Shown one piece after another: positions 62,373 through 64,000 of a stretch of 64,000 nt of DNA. Position numbers and translations under genes: made by a program. The stretch spans positions 32,984,001-33,048,000 of the forward strand of contig NW_027266343.1 of assembly GCF_022045235.1 (NCBI RefSeq). The letters are read 5' to 3'. Numbering within the stretch: position 1 is the first letter of the stretch; every line of letters begins with the position of its first letter. The notes below the pieces were generated by a model, which made no database searches, was not told the origin of the DNA, and was given only the letters and a program-made list of their open reading frames with translations. This stretch comes from Haliotis cracherodii. Taxonomy: Eukaryota.

Positions 62373-64000
62373 GAGATTTAAAAGCTACATAAAAGCACAC
62401 TCACTGACTCACGCGTTCCGAACGCTAGATCATTGTTCTTCATTGGAGTAATTTCCAGTCGATCTATTTATCTTATAATGGCTATCAACGGTGACACCTA
62501 ATTCGTATAATGGGATGCACTTTTCCTTATTAGGTCGTCTTACATTCCATTCTGTCATTTATTATATCGGGTGTCGGGCGACGGAGTTCCCATGGCCCCT
62601 GACATCATTTGGCTGATCTCGTCATTGTAAACACCCCGGCCACGTTTGTGAACACCAACCAGGCGATCAGCTCATAAATAACCTTAAACGACAAGCAGCG
62701 GCTTAGCATTTTGGGCAATTAAAATTCAAACCTAAAATAAGCTGACATCTATTACGCCGAATCCAAAATGAGCAGCGTTGGGAGAGAAGAATGAACGCCA
62801 GCGACCACAAATTTAAACTGACAAATTTTAAACAAAACTCTCTGACTTCAAAGTTATCTAAGTATTGACATAATTAGAGATTAAACCACACAACAAGCGT
62901 GTCGGTCTCAGAAGAATCGTTTGACAGGTGAAATGACTCCATAGTGATCGCCTTCACAAACTAGATGTAGCTACGGCAAATTTATGACCACGTTTGACGT
63001 TATTTTTCACGTCCGATTTGTCCCCCTCAATGCTTGTTTCTGGTGCAACGAACACACCGACCAGGAGTGGGATCGACGTATTGTCGTGCCTGCTCCCAGC
63101 GACGCTATAATAGAGTAACGGAGAGACGGTAGCATGCAGAGACGGGAAGCGGCGATAGTGATTGATGGTTAAAACCTGGTCCGTGAACATAAATTCAGCA
63201 TTAAATACTGGGGTTCGACCATCAAATAAGCGCTTGGTTGACTCAGACAAGCCTTTAGTCGGTGACGCTGTTTACCGTCCCCGTGTCCGGCTACAACGCC
63301 GGTCGGCCATGATGTTGACGGAGGCCGTTACCGGAGTGGAGACCTTATCCCCGGAGATTGCCCAGAAAGAATTGGTTTTACCATTAACACAGCCCATTTG
63401 ACAGACGGGAGAGGGAGACTGACGACGGGGCAGCTAATGGCTATCGAGATGGAGTAGGCAGAACGTGATACCGTCATTTTGCTCGGAAGACGTTTGATAG
63501 GGCGATCTAGATCCCCACTTAAGTAATGTGCAATTTATGCTGTAATTACTTGTAATGTGCACTTATTGTTCTCAACTGTTTTACGTTTGTTATACATAAA
63601 ACATCGGACCATTATCCAGGCAATTATCCGCCCGCGAGATTGTAGTTACCGCGAGATTTCAGCGAGATCTGTGACAGTCGACTGAAGAGCCGTATTTAAC
63701 AAAGCAGATAAAATGGTTCGGGGCTTTGGATATAATTGATATCAGCTTAAAACTAAATTTGTTGCCTGGTGATACAATATTTTAGGTGTAATAAAAAATA
63801 GTTAAGCTCTTATTTAAGTCAATGTTTCGAGGAATGAGATTCCAAGCAGAAGAAAATTGAAAAGGACAAACATTAAAGTAAAGGTTAACGTCAAGTAAAC
63901 GCTCCACGTCGAGAACTGCGATTAGGGTTGACAAATAAATTTCACCATACCCATTTTGTTTGAAACCAAAGATGTTTTTATTTCGTGTTTTGTTAAAAAA

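Noticed and set aside
62954-63401. Overlapping 79-98 aa ORFs in a GC-richer block
   Set aside because: No recognisable domain or convincing splice sites; more likely non-coding.

Overview
AT-rich, repeat-dense animal genomic DNA. The SINE types and 5S-like sequence suggest a mollusc, probably a gastropod such as abalone; this is an inference. Three host genes are supported, all on the + strand. (1) The last coding exon of an NNMT/PNMT/TEMT-family methyltransferase (294-726). (2) A single-coding-exon 839-aa type II membrane GT32 (alpha-1,4-glycosyltransferase-like) protein built from three tandem GT32-like modules, only the last of which keeps a DxD motif (6348-8867). (3) A divergent three-exon Emx/empty-spiracles-like homeobox gene (21112-21676, 25303-25472, 41150-41230; 271 aa) whose homeodomain is split by a 15.7-kb intron, so its third exon is missed by the ORF track. 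The rest is non-coding. It holds five SINE or SINE-like families: tRNA-Asp-like, long tRNA-Leu-like, Meta-domain-like, 5S-derived, and one with no tRNA head but a pseudoknot-like 5' end. It also holds R4/Dong-like and Penelope-like retroelement relics, several MITEs, four minisatellites, microsatellites and one assembly gap. Most short ORFs in the track are spurious. I found no clear-cut new multi-gene system. The best leads are the triple-module GT32, the structured head of the promoter-less SINE family, a minisatellite amplified from the Emx splice junction, and an inverted duplication of a SINE together with its flank.
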